A stretch of 64,000 nucleotides of DNA, from positions 1,245,554 through 1,309,553 of the forward strand of contig CM119266.1 in NCBI GenBank assembly GCA_051294375.1, given 5' to 3'. The position numbers were made by a program, and so were the translations under genes. A model generated the notes under the pieces. It was given only the letters and a program-made list of their open reading frames with translations. It had not been told where the DNA came from and did not search any database. Shown piece by piece: positions 37,052 through 59,458 of this stretch. This DNA comes from Paraspadella gotoi (lineage: Eukaryota; Animalia; Chaetognatha). How positions within the stretch are numbered: the first letter of the stretch is position 1; every line of letters starts with the position of its first letter.

Positions 37052-38251
37052 TCATCCGGAGGAACACTTAAAATGCACGTTGCCTAGCAACCCGAAGGAC
37101 ATGAGTAGCAGCTCGTCCGCCTGCGTCTCGAGTCTCGAAATCTCCATGATTTGGACGCGTTTGATTTTGCCGTCGGCCTCCGGCGAATCATCGACGCATC
37201 GAATCATCTCCAGGCAGAGGCGCTTGGCCTCCAAGAGGGCCACTCGGGCTTTATCCACGTCCATGATCTGTAGAGGGGTTTCGACGGGTTGGTGGAGACG
37301 GAAGAGGGAAAAAAAAGAGTTCACTTTGTTTATTAGTTTAATTCAATTAGTTTATTGGTTTGTATTCTTAGGAACAAATGTTTATACTTTTTGGTAAATA
37401 CATTTCGTGGTAACCAAATTTGAGAAATCTTTTTTCACAGTAACCAGTCATAAAAATAAATAATGTGAAATGATAATTGTACAATTCTTTTCTTACCGAT
37501 ACAGGATAAAAATAAATCGACGATAAGACAAATCAGAGCTAACGATGTTTAAAACATAATGTGAGACGAATTTTTTTAAAATTTCGTATGAAACAAAAAA
37601 AATTTAAGTACGTTTGTCAAAGATTAATAAATACCAAATAGTTGCCAATTTAACATTCCAAACCCCCAAATAAAGCATGTGGGCGGCGTCGTACCTCGAA
37701 CGCTCCGTTAGCCTCGGCAAGCTTGTAGCAGACTCGCCCTTCCAACAGCCGAGCCTCTTTGTTGCGGTTGATCATCGGCTCGTCGTGGAGAAGATCAGCG
37801 AACTCGTCCTCCTCATCCTCTTCCTCCTCCACTTCTTCTTCCTGCTGCTCTTCCTCTTCCTCCTCATCCTCCAAGCCATCCTCCATTCTCCTATGGGAGA
37901 ATTAACGGGAGAATTAATGGGAGAATTAACGTAGGGACAGATTGATTGATTGATTTATAAGAATAACTGATTCGTAATTTGATTGATTGATCAAATACTT
38001 TTTTGATTAATTGGTAATTAATTTATCTAATGTTGACGTAATCATTAAATAATATTCTTATTTAATTTTTGATTAATTTTTTTAATTGCTTGTTTGACTG
38101 TGATTCTTCTAACCTAAATCGCTCTTCCTCCTCGATTATTTGAGCTCTGATTGACTTTCCGTTGCATTGTTCGCAGAGGCAATTAAACCCGTAAGACTCG
38201 GCCAGCTGACGTCTCCGCTTTTTTCTTGACTGAAATTGGGAAACGAGAACT

Positions 38252-38343
<92 letters not shown>

Positions 38344-39297
38344 GTTATTTAAAAATTCAGGGATTACTCAAGTTTTCTTCTTAAATTTGGTTATTTTTCA
38401 GGTACAACTGAATAGGGTTATTAATCTCATTTACATATTGAATAATTAACAATTCTGTCTCTAAAAATATCTTCAGTATTGATTCCAGCTCCATCACAAA
38501 TAGCATTAGAATAAAGGGAGAAAGGCGAGAAATATATAGTAGATTTTAGCTTACCAGTTAAAATGGGATAGTTGTTAATGTTAATGTTAAATTCGATTTC
38601 GTTGCCAAGTTAGCGAAAATTGTGGCAGTCATCAAATATCAAGAATCTCCCGATATTATTGTTTTAAGTTCATTAAAACAAGGTAGCTAAAAATAACCTT
38701 GGTGTTCATGACGTTGGGTCCATAACTGATCTTAATCTCTGTCCCTGCGGCGATGCGTTGGTTCGTTCTGACAACAATCTCGTTGTGAATGAAGTAAAAG
38801 TTGCAGTTTGGTTTGCAGCTGTGGTTAAACTGACTCGTGTGGAGGTAAGTCGCTGCCCCGATGGTGTTGTAGTCGCTGATCACCCGGTAGAGTCGATCCT
38901 GTCAAACGGTACAGGGATGTTTCACCATTTTATGATCTATTAACAAGTTGTCGAGAGGTAAAGTCGTTTTTCATGCTGGATTAAGAAAAATATTTTCGCG
39001 GTTAACCAGTGTTGTTGCGTTGGTTAACTTTAAAAAAATATTATCTCGGTGATTAATTTTAAAACACGAATGATTAGAACATTAATTGTTTACTAAATTT
39101 TTAATTCGCCGACCAGGCGAGAGCACCAAACGCCCCCGATTCGAAAACAACAACGGAAATAGCGAAAACAAAGAGAGTAACCAATGATAAAAAAAATCTT
39201 AAAAGCATAAGGATCAAGCCTGATGATAGTCATTTCATTGATGCGATGATAGTCATCATTCATCGTAAATAAAACAAACAAATGCGTGTATGAGTGA

Positions 39298-39374
<77 letters not shown>

Positions 39375-39691
39375 GGACAGTTTTCCCGCCAATGAAACGC
39401 AATCAGAATTTTTAGGGAAAAAATCTTTTAAAAGCAATAGGGATCGAGCCAGCTTTTCGATGGTAACCAAATATTAATGCGATGATAACTAAATATTGAT
39501 GCGATGATAACCAATAATTGATGCGATGATAATAAAATAACTGATGTGATGATAATCAAATGATTGATGCGATGATAGTCATTCATTGATGTGATGATAA
39601 TCATTCATTGATATGATGATAATCATTCATTGATGCGATGATAGTCCATTCATTCATTCTCATAAAACAAACAAATGCGTGTATGAATGAA

Positions 39692-39731
<40 letters not shown>

Positions 39732-40652
39732 AGAGAGAGAAAGAGTGGAGAGAGGCTGGTCAGTTCACTCTCGTTTATATAAAAGAATAATCAAAATTTT
39801 TAGAAAAAAAAAATTCACGAAAATCTCGGATTGTAAATTTGGGATTTTGTATTGAGAAAAAGCGCGGATAAATGGCGGAATAAAATAGAAAAAAAAGAGA
39901 GAGAGGAGAGAGAGGGAGAGAGAGCAGAGAGAGAGAGAGAGAGAGAGAAAGATAGGAGAGAAGCTGGACCGCCCCTGCAGAGCTGAACTCGTTTTTCGAC
40001 GTATCTGAGTAGGGACGAACTCTTTTCCTTTCTAATATTTTTTACTTATCAAAAAAAAATTTATGTCCTCATCTTAAAAAAGTATTTAATCTTGAATGAA
40101 ATTTTAGATTGTTCTTTTTTTTTAGAAGAAACCAGACCGAGTTCAAATTTCATATTTGCATATTTAACTAATTTATAAATATTTATCCCAACTCAAATAA
40201 TTATTAATTTTAAAAAGAATAAAAATGATTAAATATATACACTAAAAAAATTTACAATTTTAAAATTTTAAAAATTTTAGAAATAACAAAAAAAGTAATG
40301 TTTTTATTGACAATATCTCTCTTCTCAACTCCTATTTTAGATATAATTTGCCAATAGTGGGCCGACCGGTCCAAAGTTACAGTAATAAACAAAAAACAAA
40401 ATTTTTTTTTTGTTAGAAAGTTATATATGCAATTAAATTAATCCGCGCAATTGCCGGACGTATAGCAGCTATATGTACAGCAGCAAGCTGATGTACATGT
40501 GACATGTGCTTGCATTTTTTTCTAAAATGAATCCATGAAAATCTCGGATGTAAATTGGTATTTGTTATAGAGAAAAAAAATAAATGGCGATAATAAAAGT
40601 TTTTAGAAGGAAAAAATAATAAGAATTTTTCAAAAAACGAACGATCGTACAT

Positions 40653-40704
<52 letters not shown>

Positions 40705-40970
40705 AGGGAGAGGAAGAGAGATGAGAGGAGAGAGAGAGAGAGGAGAGAGAGAGAGAAAGCTGAACAGAGCCGGAACTCGTTTACTCGTTTACTCGTCGCC
40801 TTGTGAAAAAAAAGTGACTAAAAATTTTTTTTGTAAAAAAAAAGAGAGAGAGAGAGATAGAGAGAGCCGGAACTCGTTAATGACGGAGGTGAAAAAAATG
40901 ACTAAAAATTATTTTGTACAAAAAAAGAGATAGAAAGAGAGAAGAGAGGAGAGACAGATAGAGGGAAGAT

Positions 40971-41003
<33 letters not shown>

Positions 41004-41085
41004 GGAACTCGTTTACTCGTTTACAAAGTGAATAATTTTTTTTTTTTTAAAAAAAAAGAGAGAGAGAGAGAAGAGAGAAGAGAGA

Positions 41086-41116
<31 letters not shown>

Positions 41117-42416
41117 AGAGAGAGAGAGAGAGAGAGAGAGATGAAGAAAGTTTTCCCGCCAACGGATACGCAATATTAGGTCACTCTTGTTTATATCGCG
41201 CGTAATCTCGGTCAAGTTGATTTTTTTATACACGTTAACGTTTCCGTTGCCATCAAAACGCGTTATGAGGTCATGTTCCTCGACATTGTTTACTCGTTGC
41301 CCCGCAACGGCCACGAAATCCAGGTCAAGTAAGTTATTCTTCACATTTTCTCAAAAAAATCACGAAAATCTCAGATGTAAATTTGGATTTTGTATTGAGA
41401 AAGAAGCGCGGGAATAAATGGCGATAATAAAAGTTTTAGAAGGGAAAGAAATAATAAGAATTTTTCAAAAAACGGTGGTAAAACAAAGTGAATAAGTGAA
41501 TAATAAAAAAAGAAGAGAGACGAGAGAGAGAGAGAGAGAGAGAGGAGAGGAGACGGAAGGGAGAGAGAAGAGAGAGAGCCTGAACTCGTTTTTTTTAAAA
41601 CGATTCAGAAAAGGCGCGCCTGATCAAATATATATGTTTTTTAGAAAGAAAAAAATAATCAGAATTTTTATCCAAAACGAACGATCACGCAAGAGATCGC
41701 ACACAAAGAAGACAGAGAGAAACTGAACTCGTTTTTAAACGATTCAGAAAGGCAGCGCCTAAAAAAAAATATACATAATTAAAAAATAAATAAAAGAAAG
41801 GCAAAAAATGTTACAATGCGTTTACAATTGGAAAACTTTTCCAATTTTTTCCAATCGCAGCTTGTAAAAGATTTTTATTTTATTTGTATTAAAATTAAGA
41901 TATAGCTTAAAAAAAATCCTTTGAGTTCCCATTTTTTTAGAAATTTAAAATTTTTTTTTTTAATTTCATCTTCAATATTATATTACTGCAATATGTAAAT
42001 TAGCTTAAAGCATTTCTATATACTAATTTGGATATTATAATCAGTACTATAATCTCATTTGCATTATTGCAGTAAATCATAATGAAGTGGAAATTCAAAC
42101 AAAAAATACTTAAATCAAATGTAATAAGAAAATATCAAAGCTATTTCAAGTTGAGAAGCCATATCTAATTTTTTTAACTTACTATGATCGCACACTTTTG
42201 TAAAACTTTAGAATAATTCATAATAATTTTATTTAAAAAAAACGGTAAGTGACAGCCAAACCTATAAAAGCGTAGTAGTTTTTATTTAAAAAAAGCGTGA
42301 CGGCGACGACGACGACGACGACCGACGACGACGACGCGACGACGACGACTACGTCACAAAGAATCTCACCCGAAATATCATGGCTTGATAACAAAAACAA
42401 CATCAACGAAAAAAAG

Positions 42417-42447
<31 letters not shown>

Positions 42448-44946
42448 AATTCAACAACATCAACAACAAGAGCAAAAAGACGATTGGACGACAACGACAA
42501 CGACAACGACGACGATTCCCCCACGAAAATTTTCTCTTGTACAACAACGAGGACCAACCTGATTGTCCGTGAGCGGCTCCGAGGTGTGAATGGGATTCTT
42601 CCTCAACATCACGAACTCACTCATCTCGAACGAGTTGAACTTGACGCGTTGGATGTTGTCGAGGAGGTATGTCCCCAGGAAATGCTCGAGGTCGTCGTTA
42701 AGAAGTTCGTCTTCGGGATCGAGTTCGAGGCCTTCGATCTCGCGGGCGGACGAGCGGATGTGGTTCTGCGGAGGGGGGGGGGGAGATGTGGTCGGGTAGA
42801 AGAAAGCTGGTTTTTTTTTAAATTAATTTTCCTGTTTTTGTTTTCTTTTTCCAAGATAAAAACATCTTCAAATATATTTGTTTTTTTTTTTTGCCAAATG
42901 ATTTAGGAAAAATTGAATATTTATTTCACTAAACAACTTCCTGTTGTAGTAGGAGGAAGTTCTTTTTTTATTTTTTCGCGCCGATAAGTGGTTAATTAGT
43001 AGTTATAATTATTGTTAGATTAAAACTTAAAAATGAAAAGAAGAGCATCTCAAAAAGGCCACAGACCTAAAGCTGTTTTCTCCCATATTTTCTAATAAGT
43101 TTTGTCAGAAAATTCAAATTTGACATGCACAATGCAGGAATGTCTATTGTCCAACCTGCATGGCGCGAAAGAGTCCCCCCCCCTTCATGATCTCCACAAA
43201 GAGCTTGGCGATAATGGCGTGCTTGAGACAGTGCTCTCCGGGGATGACGTGCCAGTTGCTGAGTAGGTCCAGTTCGCTGGGCGAGGGCATGTTGTTGCGG
43301 TCCAGAAAGGATCGGAGGGAGATCATTTTGTGAGCCATGTAGACCTACAGTGAAGTTGAGATGGAGCGTGAGATTGGGGAAAGCTTTGGAATATGAACAA
43401 CTTGAAAACATTCAAACTTTCCACTGAAAAGCAAACATGTCCGCCTAGATTTATAAAAACATTGGAATATAAAAAAACACATTAAAATCAATTTGGTATA
43501 AAATATTAACAGTCATGAAAATCAATAAAACAACAAAGATCGAAAATAATTCGACGCAAGTAAGCGTATTTTTGCAAACGTACGACTACAATTATCGTTC
43601 ACCTGCACTGCGTTGTGCCAGCCGTGGAGAAACATTCGGAAGGCGAGTGGATAGAGCTTGAGACTCTGAAGACCCTGGAGAAAGGGACACTCGTAGCGGT
43701 GGAAGGTCTCGAGTCCCTCCATGAGACAAGAGTCCGAGCAGAAGAAAGTGTCGTCGCATTTGTCACATCGACGGAACTTGGTGTCATCTTCGAAGAAAAT
43801 GGCGGGAGATGCAGAGATTTATTAATGTTAATTATTAATTATTAATTATTAATGTTGTAAATAATCATATTGACGGAGAGTCAGATGTAACTCGATGAAA
43901 TTGTAAAGTGAATGTTAAATTTGGACAGAACTGCGTTTATATCACGTTAATCAACTAAACTAACCAATATCCTTACCTTTCAACCTGAGGAAACAGTTTG
44001 CGCAGTGGGTGAGTTTGAACTCCCCGTTGAGGACGCTGGCGAAGGGCTTCTCCCTGACGACGAGTTGGCCGGCCTCGAGATCTTGGCCGGCGACGATGAA
44101 GCGGCCGCGGACGTCGCTGCGTCTGGCGCGGACGTCGGCGCGTTCCGTTAGTTTCGTCTGTGCGGTGGGCGTGTTGAATTGAATTGAATTGAATTCATTT
44201 GAATTGAATTGAATTGAATTGAATTGAATTGAATCGAATTCATTTGAATTGAATTGAATTGAATTGAATGATTTGGCCGGCAAAAAGAATGCTCCGTAAA
44301 CACTATGGATACTGTTAAATGACAAAAAAGATTTATGTTGACATCCGAAGGGATCTTTAGTGAAAAAACAAGTGAAAGTGATTGATAAAAGTAAGTTGTG
44401 ATAATGTTACGATCATTTTCGCATGTTACAGAATTCTCTAATATGTGCGCGCATCCATGCGCACGCGGACTTCAAACTCTCTCACACACACCTTATAANN
44501 NNNNNNNNTAGTGACTGACGAAACAGATAAAACAAGTGAAAGTGATTGATAAAAGTAAGTTGTGATAATGTTACGATCATTTTCGCATGTCACAGAATTC
44601 TCTAATATGTGCGCGCATCCTTGCGCCTGCGCACGAGCACTTCAATCTCTCTCACACACACACACCTTATAATCCGTCGTCGGGCGCGGCGGAGAGGCGA
44701 TGAAATGTCTTCCTTGGCTGGATTGACGTCCGACGCTTCTCTTCCGACTCCCTGTTCGTCGAACCAATGATCCCAGACGACCTGGACGGACTCTTCGAAA
44801 GGCTTCCACTCGACGTTCTCCGACACGAACTGCATCCAGTCGTCCGGACACGTATCCATGTTGGCGAGCGTCTCCACGTCGTGGGCGGCGCACTCTCGCG
44901 TCACCGTCTCGCGGATCAACTTCATCCAATCTCGCGTCGGAGACAT
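37052..44946 (-). CDS. SET and MYND domain protein (SMYD4-like lysine methyltransferase)
   Basis: Exons: 44946-~44660 (join uncertain, N-gap at 44499), 44157-43977, 43787-43603, 43344-43156, 42765-42559, 38898-38698, 38229-38114, 37890-37695, 37267-37052. Motifs: RGRFIVAGQDLEAGQLVVREKPF, MYND CANC/CDKC/FCSDSC/HRYEC, FNHSCKPN, ISYGP, post-SET YGFNCLCEQC. Confidence 0.85.
38253..38345. repeat. (ATT)n microsatellite (another at ~46420-46526)
   Basis: Near-pure trinucleotide run. Confidence 0.95.
39230..41760. repeat. Repeated, noisy ~700-800 bp blocks in a SMYD4-like intron
   Basis: CACGAAAATCTCGGATGTAAATT..TGTATTGAGAAA recurs at ~39817, ~40535 and ~41361. GCCGGAACTCGTTT recurs several times. 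A ~21-bp TTGATGCGATGATAA array lies at 39470-39645. Part of this may be assembly artefact. Confidence 0.7.
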
Positions 44947-46027
44947 CTTGAGGCGATTCACGCGGCGACGGAAGACTTGGGGGGGCTGGGGATGGTGTTA
45001 GGGAAGGGAGGGGTAAAGTGGGGAGAGATGAGAAGGGAGGAAGGAAGTAAAGAACTTAGGGCATGGGAGCGTTGTGTGGCGGTTGAGCAAAAAGGTGCAA
45101 CTTTTATTTTTTATTTTCCTCACTCAAGTTTGGGCAGAAACTATACAGAAAAATATGAAATTGCACAACGGAAGGCTATCAAAAGAGCTCACTCACCTTT
45201 GTCGTCGACTGTAATCACAAACAGACGATCTTTTTCCATAAATTAACGATCACATCTTCTTTGGCAGCGACAAATTTAAGCGCAATTGTATGCCAATGAA
45301 GTTTAAGTATATTAAGTTTAAGCAATTTAATTGACTTCCGATTTTAATCCGAGAGACGCCGGCAATTGAATTTCCGTTGCAGATGGTAGTTGTCGACGTC
45401 GCTTCGAGATTGTCGGATTGAATATCTACCAATTGGATAAGTATAAAGAAGAAGCAAACATAACAGAACAAATCCGAAAACAAATCGCGGTGGCGATAAA
45501 ACGAATGTAGATAGACAGAACCATAATTCTTTACAATGACTGCGTTTTAAGACAGCGTAGATATTGTTTTACGATCCTTACAATTTTTGCCATGAAAATG
45601 TTTTCTTTCTAACTAATGATCAATAGGATATCACAGAAATAGGATTCGGTTTGAAAATTGACTATAATGACTAGTAGGATTGCTAACTCGATTTATGAAA
45701 TATGCATTTTCTACTACTTAGTCTCCACCTATAGGAGCAATAGGTCAACAACAAAATTTTCCCAATAAAATAATTAAGTAATAAACTTATATCATTTTGA
45801 TAATAAATATTAAAAAAAAAGCTTCAAAAAAAAGCTGTAGATCCATTTTTAGGAATTTGGTATTAAGGGTACATCTCCATATTAATGTAAGTATTTTGAT
45901 TCATTTTGAGCCCGTTTTTAAAAAAAGTGGCAGTGATGAATGTTTTTAGAGGATTGTGAGGGTTAAACCCAAAGCTTTTCGAGATTAAAACTGTTTTTCC
46001 TTTTGAAAATGAAACAAATTAACAAAG

Positions 46028-55699
<9,672 letters not shown>

Positions 55700-55758
55700 T
55701 TTCGGGCCGCGTAGTTTTGTTTCGATTGAAATCAAAACAAAAACATGAAACGAAAACA

Positions 55759-55789
<31 letters not shown>

Positions 55790-56146
55790 TGACGACGCCG
55801 GGAGGATTTATTGGCTTCGAGAGACGTTGAAGTGGATTAAAGGGAAGGAAGACGAAGAAAGCAGTTTGGGTGTTTGCACAAAATGCGATCAGTCACTGGT
55901 TTTGACTGCATAAGATGCGATAATGAGACGTCGTTTCAATCTTTTAACGTTGGTACGTTGGCGTCAGATATTGTGATTCGTGAACATTGTGAGCATCATG
56001 AACGCAGTGAAGAGCGCATTTGAGATTTTGCACTGATGAGGTCGGCACCTGTCGAAATCTCCGGTCGTTGGCTGAAACGAAAGATTTTTTTTTGGTTCAA
56101 CTTTTCTGTTCTTAGAGGTGAGTCTAAGAGAGAGAGAGATGAGAGC

Positions 56147-56219
<73 letters not shown>

Positions 56220-56697
56220 AGAGAGTAAAAAAGACAGCGAGTAAAAAAGAGAGGGATTTAGTCGTTATGACAAACTATATCCCGTGTTTTATTGCGTTCG
56301 ATTTGATTCGCCCTGTAGTTCGTTTAAAAAATCAACACGAAGATGAACTTTTCAACTTTTTTTTTAAAATTAGGGTGGAGTTGTATTTGCCAGCCGATTA
56401 ATTCTTAAATTAAAATGTAATAAAAAAATTGTTTACCAAATTTGTTAAATTTGTGTGACATTTGAAGCAAAGTGTTTTAATATGTTTGCCTAGATTAGAT
56501 TTTGTTTGTTTGACAAAAAATTAAAAATACTCTAAAATGAATACTGAAAAAAAAGAATATATTCCTTATAAATTAAGAAAAAAAAACTTACACCAAAATA
56601 CTTTCTTTAATCAGTTTAAGATATTTGAGAAACCAGGTTTTGAGCGAAAAAGAGAGTGAGAGAGTGAAAGTTTAAGAGATTGAAAGTGAGCGAAAGA

Positions 56698-56781
<84 letters not shown>

Positions 56782-57802
56782 CAAAATATTTAAAAGATCC
56801 CGCGCCGGGCAAATGTTATAAAGCGTTGAATAAAACTTTTCTGGTAGTTTATTAGAAATAAAACGGCGAAGCGATGAAAGCGATAGATAGAGATAGAGAG
56901 AGAGAGAGAGAGAAGAGAGAGAAGAGAGAAGAGAGAGAGAGATATAATTTTCAGGGATTTGTTTTCGTTGTTGGGTTGGCCACGTCGAAAAATTCCCCAG
57001 TGATAGTAAGACGTCGCAAATTCGAGAAAGATAATTTCCCAATGAAAAATAAAATGGGGACAGAAACACCTATTTTCGGAGAAACAATTTTCTAAAAAAA
57101 GATTTTCTGGTTGAAAAAAAAAAATCAAGAAAAACAATGATTAATTACAATTGAAAAGTTGTAACCGGCCTCGAAACCGGGTCTTCCCCACGACTACCCC
57201 TCGAGGCCAACCGCTGATCCAAAAAGCCTCTCGTCCTCGGGCCCAAGATATTACGAGGTCCTCCCGAGCGATCGGTATTTATCAAGGGCAGGAGGAAGAT
57301 GAAGAGGAGGAGGTGCTGGAGTAAGTGAAGAAGCTGGAGCAGTCGGTGAGGAGGAGCGGGAAGAGGAAGAGGAGCAGGAAAAAAAAAGAGAGATGAGCTG
57401 GGGACGATTTTTATCTTTTTTTTTATAAAAAAAAATCTTTTTTTTTCCTAAATCAGAGTTTGAGTCTAAATTCGTTGCATTGATTCGCAGACGGAAGTTG
57501 TTGTTGTTGTTGTTGTTGCATTTATCCTGCTAATCTCTATATTGAACATCAGATGTCACAGATCAAAGTAATCATTATTAAATGAAAAAAAAAGGTTTAT
57601 TTTTAATTAGTGACTGAGTTTTTATTTCCAAAAATATAATTGAACTACATAAAAATTAAGCGAAAATCCAAAAAAAAAGGAAATAAGGTCTTAATAAAAA
57701 AATTTTAAAATAAAAATTGAAAAAGATTGAAAAAAAAAAGCATCAAAACAAAACGATCGGATCTGAAGGATAACAAAAAGCGCGTGAAAATATTGAGAGA
57801 GT

Positions 57803-57866
<64 letters not shown>

Positions 57867-57955
57867 TTAATCAATCCCATGTTAAAAGTAAATAGCTCAA
57901 ACTGTTCATTCTCAACCTCTGTGAGTCTATGTATCATTTATAAATCAGAAAAGAT

Positions 57956-57999
<44 letters not shown>

Positions 58000-59458
58000 C
58001 TTCATATATATATACTTTTTTTCATGGCTTGTTGTTGTCGGATTTCAACGCGACTTTTCCTTTTTTCATCCGGGTTTCGATGTGTTTAATAATTTCATCC
58101 GGAAATCGAATTTGCGACTCCGAGTCCGAAACGATTACGACGCGAAAGAAAACAAAAGGGAAAAGCGATGGACGGGAGACGGACGTTAGGGTCCAGCGGT
58201 ACCACTGCGCCCACTACACCTGACCACGCCCCCTACTCCTCCAGCTATTGCCGTCCCAAGTTTCCGGTTTTTCGTCAGCAAAACTCCTCAAAGTTTTCGT
58301 CGCAAAGGATAAAAGGCTCGTCGTCGTCGTTGTCGTCGTCGTCATCATCTTGGTCATCGCAGTTTCGATCGTCTCATTTTTTGCTTTGGTGGCATTTCTT
58401 CGCTTTGAGGTCAAAAGTTGAAATGAAAAGCGCAAACTCCTATTTTCTTTCCTCTTTCTTTTAATCTATAGTCTATACATCCGATTTTCGAAATCGAACG
58501 AAAATTGAAATATAAATAAAAAGATAAATATTGAATTAGAGAGTTTGATATTACATAGGAAAGATTAAGTTTAAACTAAGGACTTTCAATTGTTGCTTTC
58601 TTACCCTCCCTATCTCTAACAAAAAAAAATATTAAAAATTAAATCAATATATTTTTCTATAAACTTAGCAAATTTCGTTTTATTTTCTGGATATGGTTCC
58701 GCTTCGAACTCCCACGCAGCGGCGAAAAAAGAGAAGTTTTCGGTGGGTAAGTTCATTCCATCGACGGATGAGTGCGGAACGGCTGAGTTTTTCCAACGGG
58801 TGAGTTTCGAAAGGATCGAGTCCGCGATTGGAAGCCAGAAACCTCACTTTTCACGTCGAAGCAAAGAATTTTCCTTTGAGAAAAAGCAAACAATGACGAT
58901 GACGACGACGACGACGACAACGTACTTTCGGGGTTCTCTCAGGTTCAGAGACTGCCTCGCCTTGAGCTCGAGACCAGGTCTAGTAATTCGAGCTCGTCTA
59001 ATATGTTTTTCGCAAGACTGGAGCACCTCCTCCGACTGATAGCTAACATTCCATTTGGGTAGTTAGTTAACTTTAATAAACAAAGAAAACGATTCGATTG
59101 GAGTTGTATATATTACTATACAGAAACAACGTTTAATCGCAATAATTAACAATAGATTATCAAAAATGTTGTCAAGAAAATTCGATTTTTCGCGACTGAA
59201 ATCGACAAAACAAACAAACTAATATTAATAACATTGAAATGNNNNNNNNNNGAAAATTCGATTTCTCGTGAATGAAATCGACAAAACAAACAAACTAATA
59301 ACATTGAAATGACGCGTTTTGCTATGTATAACTGGATAACGATAATTACTGACGATTGTATCGTGGAATATACAAGCGCCGCTTACAAGAACCATAACTA
59401 CTAGGGAACGTTTCCTACGACAATGAATGTCATGAATCTTCGACGGCCTTTAATTCAT

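Noticed and set aside
44360-44670. Direct duplications flanking N-runs (also 30310-30400, 30520-30605, 59175-59310)
   Set aside because: Typical scaffolding overlap artefacts around gaps.
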